Below are positions 35,338 to 44,257 of a stretch of DNA of 64,000 nt, one piece after another (position 1 is the stretch's first letter; every line of letters begins with the position of its first letter). The DNA lies in NCBI GenBank assembly GCA_024346625.1, contig AP024665.1, positions 620,001 through 684,000 of the forward strand, written 5' to 3'. The notes under the pieces are model-generated. The model was not told where the DNA came from, ran no database searches, and worked only from the letters and a program-made list of their open reading frames with translations. This stretch comes from Williopsis jadinii (lineage: Eukaryota). The translations under genes were made by a program, and so were the position numbers.

Positions 35338-38322
35338 TCATTCTTGGATATCAGGGTTGGCTATGAAGAGAGTCATGTGACCCTTATCACCGTCTCTGAC
35401 AGTTCCACTCCTTCCAATGGATATCTGGGGTGAAATCTTGTCGTTGAGCAATGTTCCGGATCGAGTCACTGAGGGGACACTGTCTCTCTTTGGAGAGAAA
35501 CTCATTGAAGAATGGGACCCAGGAGAGACGAGTGCACCTCCTATGGATGTGGTTGTGGAGTTCGCTCCTATTGAATGGCCTGTGTCGTTTCTTTTCAATT
35601 CAGAGGATCCACGAGCAGCTGTGGCAAGTGACTCATCATCGTCATCATCACCAACTTCCAATGCGAGTTGGCGTTGTTTGATCTTTCCATGCTTCAAGTC
35701 GTTCTTAGTGACCCGTGAGCTTCTCTTATAAGAAGTTCTCCAGCTGGCCTTGGAATAATCATTGTCTGATATTCCAATAGGCAACCCCCACTGGGAAGCC
35801 TTTGCATTTGTATTGGCTATTCCAGTTCCAAGACGGAGCATTTCAACATAGTTGGACTTCTGCGGTTCGTGTTGAATAACAGGACGGCTTTCGGCAACTT
35901 CTTTCACAGAATTGTATGTGTTTATTGGTTGTGTCAAAGAAGCACTCCTTCCAGATCTTGTTGGGATATCTGGTGGAGGTGGCCTGCGTCTTCTCTGACC
36001 ACCAGCACTTAAATAGGAAACAGGTGCCACAACTTCATTGGCTCTTCTGTCATAAACGTTCGTCGCAGGTTGTGGTTCATACTCGGACTGCATTGGTGAT
36101 GCTGATTCAGGAGGTGAAACAATGGACTGCTGGGGCGTGGAAATTGACGGTTGCATGCTGCTTGACCCAACAGATAGATTAGAATCAGAAATGTTATTAT
36201 GGAGAGCCCCAACTCCCATGCTCTTGTTGTTTGGCGAATCAATATTGAAATGAGACATTTGTGGTGATTTCGCTGTAAAGCTCAAGACTTCAGAGCTTGC
36301 AGTGGTTGACCTATTCAGCAGGTTAAAAGTTTCCTGATGAACCACACTGTAATCTGCTGTGGAATTCCCCTCTGGTTCAACAATTGAATCTTCGTCACTA
36401 CTTGAGTAATTCCCATCGTTAACGACATGAAATACCCGTGGTCTTTCATTAACCTCGGGTGTTATAGGTTGTCTTGATAATTCATTGGTTTTCTCATCAG
36501 ATGAGATAAAGTCTTCATTATTAGTTGTCAATGGCAGCCTTTCAGAAGACTCGAATGGATAAACAGAACTTCCAGCTCTTGATGAGTGAGGAGACTCTAT
36601 AAGCGGTTGTGTATAAATATCACCAGGGACTATTACTGGTGCATTTGACTTCTGCAAATTGAAAGGAACATCTTGTTGTGTGATAAGATTTAAATCATTA
36701 AGAGAATCAGATCTTGGAAGGCCCTTTGATGAACTTGATTTCTCGTTATAGTCCAATCCAGATGAATTGGTCGGTATGTAATTTATCTGCGGTGCAGTTG
36801 AGCTGTTCGATTCAAATGATTTGTCATTTTGTTCCTCATCACTTGATGATTCGTCATCCAATAGATTTTGTCTTTGTAGAACGATTTCCTCTGACGACGA
36901 ATCTTGGAACAGGGAATCACGTCTCCTCAATGGACCTGGACTGTCTATTGAAGGGGTTTTTTGGATACCTGACACTGCTTGATCTAGGCTTGTAGGTAGT
37001 TGGATATCCTCCTTGAGTTGGTTGCTTTTATTCAGCGGAGTAACAGGTGAAACATCGCTCATTTCCTCTTCAGTGTCACCATCTGTCTCGTAATGCACTC
37101 CTCCTGGTTGGTAGTTTTCAATATCCTTCATAATTTCATCGGAAAGAGACAGTTGCTTTTTATGTGTTTGCTCTCCGGATTTGGTTATTAAAGCAGGTAT
37201 AATCCCCAAGGTCTCACTCTGTGTCTTTCTATGGAAGTTTAATGGCTTAACCTCTACACTTGATTGGTCACCTTCATTGCCTGAGTCCTGCTGTGATTCG
37301 TCCCCTGTCAGCTGGACATTATTCATATCTGATGTTACACTGTCAATGTTAACGTCACTTGTTTCAACAGTATCTTGTGCATCGTAAAAATCTGCCGTCG
37401 AAGAGCTTGCGGGCCTAGAGAGTTGTAGTCCAGGAGCACTAGGTGGCATAAAAACTCCTGAGAGACTTTCATCCTCGTTGACAAAACTAAAGTCTGACTC
37501 AGAATCCTCTGATTCACTCAACTGTGGTTCAGTCTTGTGTGTGAAGTTTTCTTTTTGTTCATCTTCATTATTGGGAGAAACAAAGGATGAAACATTCTCC
37601 TTTGGATGCGTATCTTCCTTCAAGCTCTTAGAGTTAGAGGAATGTACCGTACGAAATGGGTCGTTAACAATCTCCACTGATGGCTTAGCCATAGCCTCTA
37701 AACCACTATCCACTTTTGAAAGGGACTCTTGAGATGAATGAGCCATCATAGGTTCGTGTAACTCAAACCCTGATGGAGGTTTTCTTCTTGGTAGAGAGGC
37801 TGCTTTGTTCATGGTTATTGGCTTCCCTTGAATTGTGAGAGGAGGAGCAAAAGACTTCGTGTTGTAGTCGGGAACCGGTGGAACATCAACCATAACATCT
37901 AAACTGGATCTTGGAATATCAATATCCTGTATCGAGTCATACCCATCTCTTTCACTTTCAGAACTCTTGCGCGCGAATAGCTGTGGTGAATGAATATGTG
38001 GGGGACTGAGATGTGGAAGGTGTGGACTCTGAGGTCTCAATACATGATGTGAGGTTGGTGATGGAGCCCTTTGTTTTGGTTCAGGTGCTGAAGATATTCT
38101 TGGCTTCGCCGAGGAAGATGTTAGAACTGGTACATGTTTACCAGATCCTATTGTGGAAATAGACTGCTTAGGAACCGATGGAATTGTGGTACTGACCGCA
38201 GCTTGGGGATGGTGCTGAGCCAACGGTGACTTCTTTCTGTTTATAACTTCAAACTTGGACTCTGGTTTAGAGCTCCTGAAGGGGAACAGAAGGGATCTCC
38301 TCTTTGATCCGTCACTACCCAT
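35338..38322 (-). CDS. Uncharacterised S/P-rich disordered protein, positionally equivalent to YDR239C
   Basis: 994-aa ORF with RRKPP and RRRPPPP motifs, LKHGKIKQRQLALEV and terminal LFIANPD. Assignment rests on synteny only. Confidence 0.7.
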   Translation of the reverse strand: MGSDGSKRRSLLFPFRSSKPESKFEVINRKKSPLAQHHPQAAVSTTIPSVPKQSISTIGSGKHVPVLTSSSAKPRISSAPEPKQRAPSPTSHHVLRPQSPHLPHLSPPHIHSPQLFARKSSESERDGYDSIQDIDIPRSSLDVMVDVPPVPDYNTKSFAPPLTIQGKPITMNKAASLPRRKPPSGFELHEPMMAHSSQESLSKVDSGLEAMAKPSVEIVNDPFRTVHSSNSKSLKEDTHPKENVSSFVSPNNEDEQKENFTHKTEPQLSESEDSESDFSFVNEDESLSGVFMPPSAPGLQLSRPASSSTADFYDAQDTVETSDVNIDSVTSDMNNVQLTGDESQQDSGNEGDQSSVEVKPLNFHRKTQSETLGIIPALITKSGEQTHKKQLSLSDEIMKDIENYQPGGVHYETDGDTEEEMSDVSPVTPLNKSNQLKEDIQLPTSLDQAVSGIQKTPSIDSPGPLRRRDSLFQDSSSEEIVLQRQNLLDDESSSDEEQNDKSFESNSSTAPQINYIPTNSSGLDYNEKSSSSKGLPRSDSLNDLNLITQQDVPFNLQKSNAPVIVPGDIYTQPLIESPHSSRAGSSVYPFESSERLPLTTNNEDFISSDEKTNELSRQPITPEVNERPRVFHVVNDGNYSSSDEDSIVEPEGNSTADYSVVHQETFNLLNRSTTASSEVLSFTAKSPQMSHFNIDSPNNKSMGVGALHNNISDSNLSVGSSSMQPSISTPQQSIVSPPESASPMQSEYEPQPATNVYDRRANEVVAPVSYLSAGGQRRRRPPPPDIPTRSGRSASLTQPINTYNSVKEVAESRPVIQHEPQKSNYVEMLRLGTGIANTNAKASQWGLPIGISDNDYSKASWRTSYKRSSRVTKNDLKHGKIKQRQLALEVGDDDDDESLATAARGSSELKRNDTGHSIGANSTTTSIGGALVSPGSHSSMSFSPKRDSVPSVTRSGTLLNDKISPQISIGRSGTVRDGDKGHMTLFIANPDIQE

Positions 38323-38506
38323 CCTTGGCTTGACTATAGAAGAGACAGGATCAATTCAAAACCTGCTTGCTTGCAAACCAATTCAACTGAACGCTCTTTT
38401 GATTATATACCCACACACATACACAATGTTGATGTTTTGAAGCAGTTGCGAATTTCGAGCTATCTCTGGAGCGTGTGTGCCCTGTGTGTTTCCTCGGCTA
38501 CATTGC

Positions 38507-38556
38507 GGTGTACGGATGTACCGGTGTTAGGGTTATTAGGTGTCCGGATTAACCCG
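38507..38556. promoter_or_regulatory. Rap1-like / telomere-like motif cluster
   Basis: GGTGTACGGATGT (38507-38519), TTAGGG (38527-38532), GGTGTCCGGATT (38539-38550) and TAACCCG. Confidence 0.55.
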
Positions 38557-38602
38557 TAAACAAGGGATTCATGGTAATTACATAAGTTGTGTAAGGTCCT
38601 CA

Positions 38603-39685
38603 TTAGACGAGTCCCTTCAAATACCTGAGTGCCGTCAAGTTGCCTTCCGGAAGTCCTGTCAATGTCACGGTTCTATACTTGTTATCCTTAATTGAGTCGC
38701 CAATGACAACATTACTGTTTGATTTGGATCTGATTTCTTTGATTTTGAATCCGCCTCTTCCAATGACATTACTAACACTGTCTAGTGGGATGTCGATGAC
38801 TTGCTTTATTGGCTCTAAGTCTTTAATCTTTTCTTGACACGTGCCTTCTGCTTCTTCAATAGTTTCCAGCGAGTGTTGTTTGGGGTCATCCTCCTTAGAA
38901 AGAAGATGTGTGTAGTCCTTGTTAATGAACTTGACAAACAGGTCTCTGCTCTGATTGAGCAGTCTCTGTGTAGTCTCTGGTGTCTGGTTTGTGAGATGAG
39001 TACCAACAATTGGTATTCCCTGAGGATGTATCAAAACTGTAGAGTCGGTAACCGAATCATGAATATGTGAAACAACATCTTTCAACGTCTCAGTCAGCTT
39101 CGGCAAGTGTTCATTAGCGTAGACGGTTTTGTAATTGGAGAAAGGCAGAAACTCGGAGGATAATTCCACGTTCAACCTTTCGAGCCCTTGCGTCGCACAT
39201 TCTGGCACTAGTAAGGTCAAATGAAACAGTGTATCAGTGGTGCATGTTTCGAGAATACTCCCAAGGGTAAACGCTACCAGGGCAGTAGCATGTACCACCT
39301 GCTTTGCATTACCCAGTAACACCACCTCTCTGTCTACACTGGCCTCTATCTTATCGGTGACTTCGAGCACCTTCACCTGGGACTGTTTGGCAATCCATTC
39401 AATATGGCTCTCCCCCGGCGGACCCAGTAAGATATCGCCTTCTGTAGAGGATATCAAGAGTCTGAGTCCAACGTCTTGATCTGCCTTCTTTCTCCCATAT
39501 ATCGATTGTAACACGCCCTTGATTGTCTTGTCAGCAGATGTTTTGCTCAATGGTTTATACGTGTCAATGACTTGAGGATGAGGTTCACCATTTGACGGTA
39601 ACTGAGCGGACTTCCTGGTTCTCTTCGTCACTTTCTGATCACCATTCCCATTGTTCGTTGATATAGTACGTTTTCTTGGTGGCAT
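38603..39685 (-). CDS. SNU56: KH-domain RNA-binding protein, putative U1 snRNP Snu56 orthologue
   Basis: Degenerate KH-like region (LRLLISSTEGDILLGPPG) plus an intact C-terminal KH domain (IPLDSVSNVIGRGGFKIKEIRSKS). Same order and strand as SEC26-YDR239C-SNU56 in S. cerevisiae. Confidence 0.55.
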   Translation of the reverse strand: MPPRKRTISTNNGNGDQKVTKRTRKSAQLPSNGEPHPQVIDTYKPLSKTSADKTIKGVLQSIYGRKKADQDVGLRLLISSTEGDILLGPPGESHIEWIAKQSQVKVLEVTDKIEASVDREVVLLGNAKQVVHATALVAFTLGSILETCTTDTLFHLTLLVPECATQGLERLNVELSSEFLPFSNYKTVYANEHLPKLTETLKDVVSHIHDSVTDSTVLIHPQGIPIVGTHLTNQTPETTQRLLNQSRDLFVKFINKDYTHLLSKEDDPKQHSLETIEEAEGTCQEKIKDLEPIKQVIDIPLDSVSNVIGRGGFKIKEIRSKSNSNVVIGDSIKDNKYRTVTLTGLPEGNLTALRYLKGLV

Positions 39686-39915
39686 TCTCTTTAGCTCACT
39701 TATCCTTCAGTCTCAAGCTGTTTGGTTGGTATATTTCATCTGTTTACGGTGTCTTCTTGGTGAAGCTGAGGAAAAAATCTCTCCCTGTGTGGAAAATCAA
39801 CAACAGACAAAAAAAACACAGACACAGAAACAACATCAACAGGGCATCAATTGCATTAGAAGCGTTGGAGTTATACGCTGTGACGTTCTCAATTGGCTCT
39901 TGAAGCTGTCACACA

Positions 39916-41628
39916 ATGAAGTACTCACCGTATAGTTCAATATTGGCTAATTCATCTTTCGAATTCGATGGTGATGATGAGTTTGACTCGAGCTCTCCGT
40001 TTCTGGTCAAGTCATCACCTCTCAAGTCACTTTCTAACAACGTTGATAATAGTATAGAAACGCCCTCAAAGTCGCCGGTGTACAGGATGAGAAGAAATGT
40101 TGTCTCCTCTCCACTGCACAAGTCCCCGTATAATGTCTCACAGCTACTTGGATCTCAAAGTCGAAAGAACGCTGACGAGTTGAGCGACCTGCTGAAGGAT
40201 TTCAACCTGAAGGATCGTTTTGATATTGTCAAGGAACAAGCGAGTACTAGGTGTCCCAGGTTAAGGCCGGTATCCAGACCCGTGTCTGCATCATCAAGTG
40301 CTAGGCAGACACGAAGATCGTCTATTGTTCTGGATTCCACGACGGGATTGGAGATGTCGGATGAAGCAGGAGCACTCGATGGCGAGAGAGCCAAACTCGA
40401 GCTGGAAGTTAGCCAGGAAAGGGTCATATCTAGCTTAGAAACACGACTCCAGAGAAGAACTTTAGAAGTTGATTCCATGATCAAGGCTATTGAAGATGAA
40501 AAGAGGCGTATTGAAGAAGAAAGGAAGAGAAGAGAAGAGGAGGAAAGAAAGAGATTAGAGGAGGAAAAGAGACTTGAAGAAGAGCGCAAGAGGCAAGAAC
40601 AGCTAGCAAAGGAGAAGGCTGAACGGGAGAAGAAAGCTCAAGAGGAAGCGCAAAAGAAGATTAAAGAAGAAGCTGAAAGGAAGGAAAAACTAGAAGCTGA
40701 ACAAAGGGCTATAGAAGATGCAAAGAAAGCTAAGGGATTGACAAACTTCTCTGAGATTGACTCCACTTTCCAACATTACAAACAGATGATTGTGGATATC
40801 AAGAATGATATAGTTCTGAAGGTTAAAGAGGATCTACAGACGAAAAATGCCATTCTTAAACACAAGAGAAAGATCAATCCGAAATTTGGACAATTGACAA
40901 ACAGTATGTCACAACTGCATCGTGTTAGTGATGAGGTTATCACCTTGATAAATGAAACCAGGGGTGTTGAGCTTGCATTCAAATGGATATTGAACTTTGT
41001 TGCAAAGGCTATTGTATCACAAGCCGAGACAGAGGTAAGAGTTCGACCTGATTCCTCTTTGCCATTGGCAAGGTTAACCCTGAACATTCTATGCGAGTTC
41101 CCAGAGCTGAAAGAGTTTTTAATGGCGAGATTTGTGAAGAAGTGTCCTTATGTGATTGGCTATACATGTGCAATTGACACTGTTGAAGGACGTCTCCGTA
41201 TGGGATGGAAAAGACATGAAGATGATAAATGGGAAGAGGACATCAGTTATGACGAGAGGATGGCTGGGATGATGACGTTATTCAGCGTGCTAACAAGACT
41301 GCCTCTATCACAAAGGTACTTTGGAACGGTATCACACCCATTGCCCCTCTCTGAGAACTGGAAGATGATGGCTAGATTGCTAAACCAACCGAAAGAGCAG
41401 CTGACAAACACCCACTTCACAGTGGCATCCTCTTGGTGGGAGGCTAGTGCAAATGAGATAATTATGAACTATGGTAGACAAGGTCAGAAGTTGTTGGAAA
41501 TCATATGGACTCAATGGGTAGATTCTGTCGCCGATAAGAAGTTCACCAGTGCCAATACTTTACGAATCATTGGTGAAGATTGGAAAACCTCAGGCACGCT
41601 CAAGACGTTAACTGAGATGGAGCCTTAG
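39916..41628 (+). CDS. GLE1: mRNA export factor Gle1
   Basis: Coiled coil plus HKRKINPKFGQLTNS, WILNFVAKAIVSQAETE and ARFVKKCPYVIG motifs. Confidence 0.96.
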   Translation: MKYSPYSSILANSSFEFDGDDEFDSSSPFLVKSSPLKSLSNNVDNSIETPSKSPVYRMRRNVVSSPLHKSPYNVSQLLGSQSRKNADELSDLLKDFNLKDRFDIVKEQASTRCPRLRPVSRPVSASSSARQTRRSSIVLDSTTGLEMSDEAGALDGERAKLELEVSQERVISSLETRLQRRTLEVDSMIKAIEDEKRRIEEERKRREEEERKRLEEEKRLEEERKRQEQLAKEKAEREKKAQEEAQKKIKEEAERKEKLEAEQRAIEDAKKAKGLTNFSEIDSTFQHYKQMIVDIKNDIVLKVKEDLQTKNAILKHKRKINPKFGQLTNSMSQLHRVSDEVITLINETRGVELAFKWILNFVAKAIVSQAETEVRVRPDSSLPLARLTLNILCEFPELKEFLMARFVKKCPYVIGYTCAIDTVEGRLRMGWKRHEDDKWEEDISYDERMAGMMTLFSVLTRLPLSQRYFGTVSHPLPLSENWKMMARLLNQPKEQLTNTHFTVASSWWEASANEIIMNYGRQGQKLLEIIWTQWVDSVADKKFTSANTLRIIGEDWKTSGTLKTLTEMEP

Positions 41629-42897
41629 ACATGGGGGTGATTGTTTCATTATTACTGTTCGTGTGACATCATCCTTGTATTGTATATTGACACTATTTGC
41701 GGTCTTTAAATCGATCATATCCGCCTGGGTCATGAATTGTGACCCTATTTACTAATCGTAGTACTTATGCATTGCCGTTCACTTAACCCATTTCATTGGC
41801 CTTGCTCAGAGCCTATGGCTGCTGGTGGAAACCCCAAAACCTGGGTGACCATCGGCAATTGTACGCTTATATCATGATATGTAAAGAATTGTCATCTTGA
41901 GGTTTCAAATGTACAAGTGACAACTCCCGGGCCGACCTCAACAAAGGGCAAAACTGTATCACTCTTATGGAGACCGTCGTGAATCGCTAAAAACGTTCAA
42001 GCTAACGCTACAAATCTATGATCCACAAGTCAATGAGACAAAGGACTTAAACACATATATAAGACCAAACTATGCGAGGAAATTGGTACACGAGGTGACC
42101 TACTAACTACAATTATGATTCCACTAGCCGGCATCGAAGGGTAAATTCAACTCCGGAGATGAGCTAAGCCCGATAACATCAAGATTTGGTTAACTCCTCA
42201 AGCTTCATTACAGTTTACAGTCCGGGGTGAGAATCAACGTCTTCCGAACCGCACGCGCATGCCCATTTTATTGTATACCCCACGCCTTTTTTATGTAGAT
42301 CCAGCTTCTGTAAAAACACTTGTATTCTACAGTTCTTTCTCTAGGGAGTGTATTGATCCACCCTGGTTGACAGCTTCAGGCTCGGTGTGACTGCCGTGAT
42401 TCACCACACCTGCTCACGATGCTTGTTAGATATCTTTCACGTTGAGTCCCCGTTCAGTTTGAAATGTATAGATACCAAAACAATTGTAGTCTTCCAGCCC
42501 AATTAGTTTCATTATTGTAGTCTCCTTGTCGAGTTAAGTGAAGACAGTTGTTGTATTTGATCCTTTGAGTATTCACTTCCTGCTTCAACGGAGCTTTGTG
42601 TCAAAACAAAACAACCGCTCTCCGGTATTGGGATGCTGTGGATCAACGCCGTACAACGTAGCTCCTACATACAGAAGAACAGTATACAACCCTGTGATTC
42701 GGGAGTCCGGGGAGCATGGAACATGGAACATGGGAAGTGTGGAGTTTACATGAAGACACAACACCCACGTCTCCCCACGTATGAATGCCTGTGTTGGATC
42801 AAATGATATTTGTCAGGTATAAATAGTGGACAGAGGATACTTCCATGATGAGCTCACCACCTTGGCTTTTGTCTTCTATACATATAACTCATACAAA

Positions 42898-44019
42898 ATG
42901 CTCAGAGCTTCCAAGGCATTGGGAAGCTTCATTTCCACACCACGCAAAGCAAACATATTACGTACAATGGCAACGTTTAGTGTCCCTCAGACACAGAAGG
43001 CCATTGTCTTCAATGAATTGAACGGACCATTGGAATACAAAGATATCCCGGTTCCAAAGCCAAAGCCAGATGAGATCCTCATCAACGTTTTGTACTCCGG
43101 TGTCTGTCACAGTGACTTGCACGTCTGGAAAGGTGATTGGCCTGTTGTTCCAAAGCTACCACTTGTTGGAGGCCACGAAGGTGCTGGTATCGTCGTTGCC
43201 AAAGGTGACCAGGTGACAAACTTCGAGATTGGTGACTATGCGGGTATCAAAGGCTTGTACAGTTCTTGTATGTCATGTGAGTACTGTGAGAACTCTTACG
43301 AGCCAAACTGTTTGGATGCAGTGCTTACTGGTTGTCAACACGATGGCTCCTTCCAACAGTATGCCACTGCCAATGCGGTTCAAGCTGCAAAGATCCCAAA
43401 GGATACAAACTTGGCTGAAGTCGCCCCCATCTTGTGTGCTGGTATCACAGTTTACAAGGCATTGAAGACTGCAGAGTTGAAAGCTGGTGAATGGGTTGCC
43501 ATTTCCGGTGCTGGTGGTGGTCTGGGCTCCGTCGCTGTTCAATACGCAAAGGCCATGGGCTACAGAGTGCTCGGTATTGACGCCGGTCACAAGGAAGCAC
43601 TTGTCCGTGAGTTAGGCGCAGAGGCCTTTGTCGACTTCGAAACCACTCCAGACCTTGTTGAGGAGATCATCACCAAGACCAAAGGTGGTCCACATGGTGT
43701 CATCAACGTTTCTGTGAGTGACAGGGCCATTTCGCAGTCCACTCAGTTTGTTAGACCAACTGGTAAAGTTGTCCTTGTCGGTCTCCCACCAGCTGCTGTT
43801 TGCAAGTCCGATGTCTTGAGCCACGTTGTCAAGTCCATGCAAATCAGAGGTTCATATGTCGGTAACAGAGCTGACAGTCGTGAAGCCATTGAGTTTTACA
43901 CAAGAGGTTTGGTTAAGTCTCCAATCAAGATTGTTGGTTTGTCCGAGTTACCATCTGTCTTCAAATTGATGGAGGAGAACAAAATCTTGGGTCGTTACGT
44001 TGTAGACACCTCAAGATAA
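42898..44019 (+). CDS. Zn-dependent alcohol dehydrogenase (Adh1/Adh3 family) with presequence-like N-terminus; divergent paralogue
   Basis: [14 protein letters not shown], structural-Zn CxxCxxC...C, GAGGGLG and acidic GID. ATG at 42898, second in-frame ATG at 42967, TATAAATA at about 42818. Confidence 0.93.
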   Translation: MLRASKALGSFISTPRKANILRTMATFSVPQTQKAIVFNELNGPLEYKDIPVPKPKPDEILINVLYSGVCHSDLHVWKGDWPVVPKLPLVGGHEGAGIVVAKGDQVTNFEIGDYAGIKGLYSSCMSCEYCENSYEPNCLDAVLTGCQHDGSFQQYATANAVQAAKIPKDTNLAEVAPILCAGITVYKALKTAELKAGEWVAISGAGGGLGSVAVQYAKAMGYRVLGIDAGHKEALVRELGAEAFVDFETTPDLVEEIITKTKGGPHGVINVSVSDRAISQSTQFVRPTGKVVLVGLPPAAVCKSDVLSHVVKSMQIRGSYVGNRADSREAIEFYTRGLVKSPIKIVGLSELPSVFKLMEENKILGRYVVDTSR

Positions 44020-44122
44020 GCCAATAAATCACATATGACCAGTTTATATGAGTTCTGAATCATTAATGTCATTGCTGTTTCTATAGTTAAACACCAGTAG
44101 TACCAATGCTCGAGTGTAATTC

Positions 44123-44130
44123 CCGGGTAA
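44123..44130. promoter_or_regulatory. Reb1 site upstream of MET18 (second copy at 48657-48664)
   Basis: CCGGGTAA. Confidence 0.55.
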
Positions 44131-44257
44131 TTTCGAGAACGCTCCGATAACAAAGTGCATCGACAAGAAAAAAACACAAGATCAAAACGTTCACGCTTAG
44201 ACTCAAAGGCGCTGTGTCAATTTACCTAGCGGCTCGGTTCAATTCAATCATAGAGCA

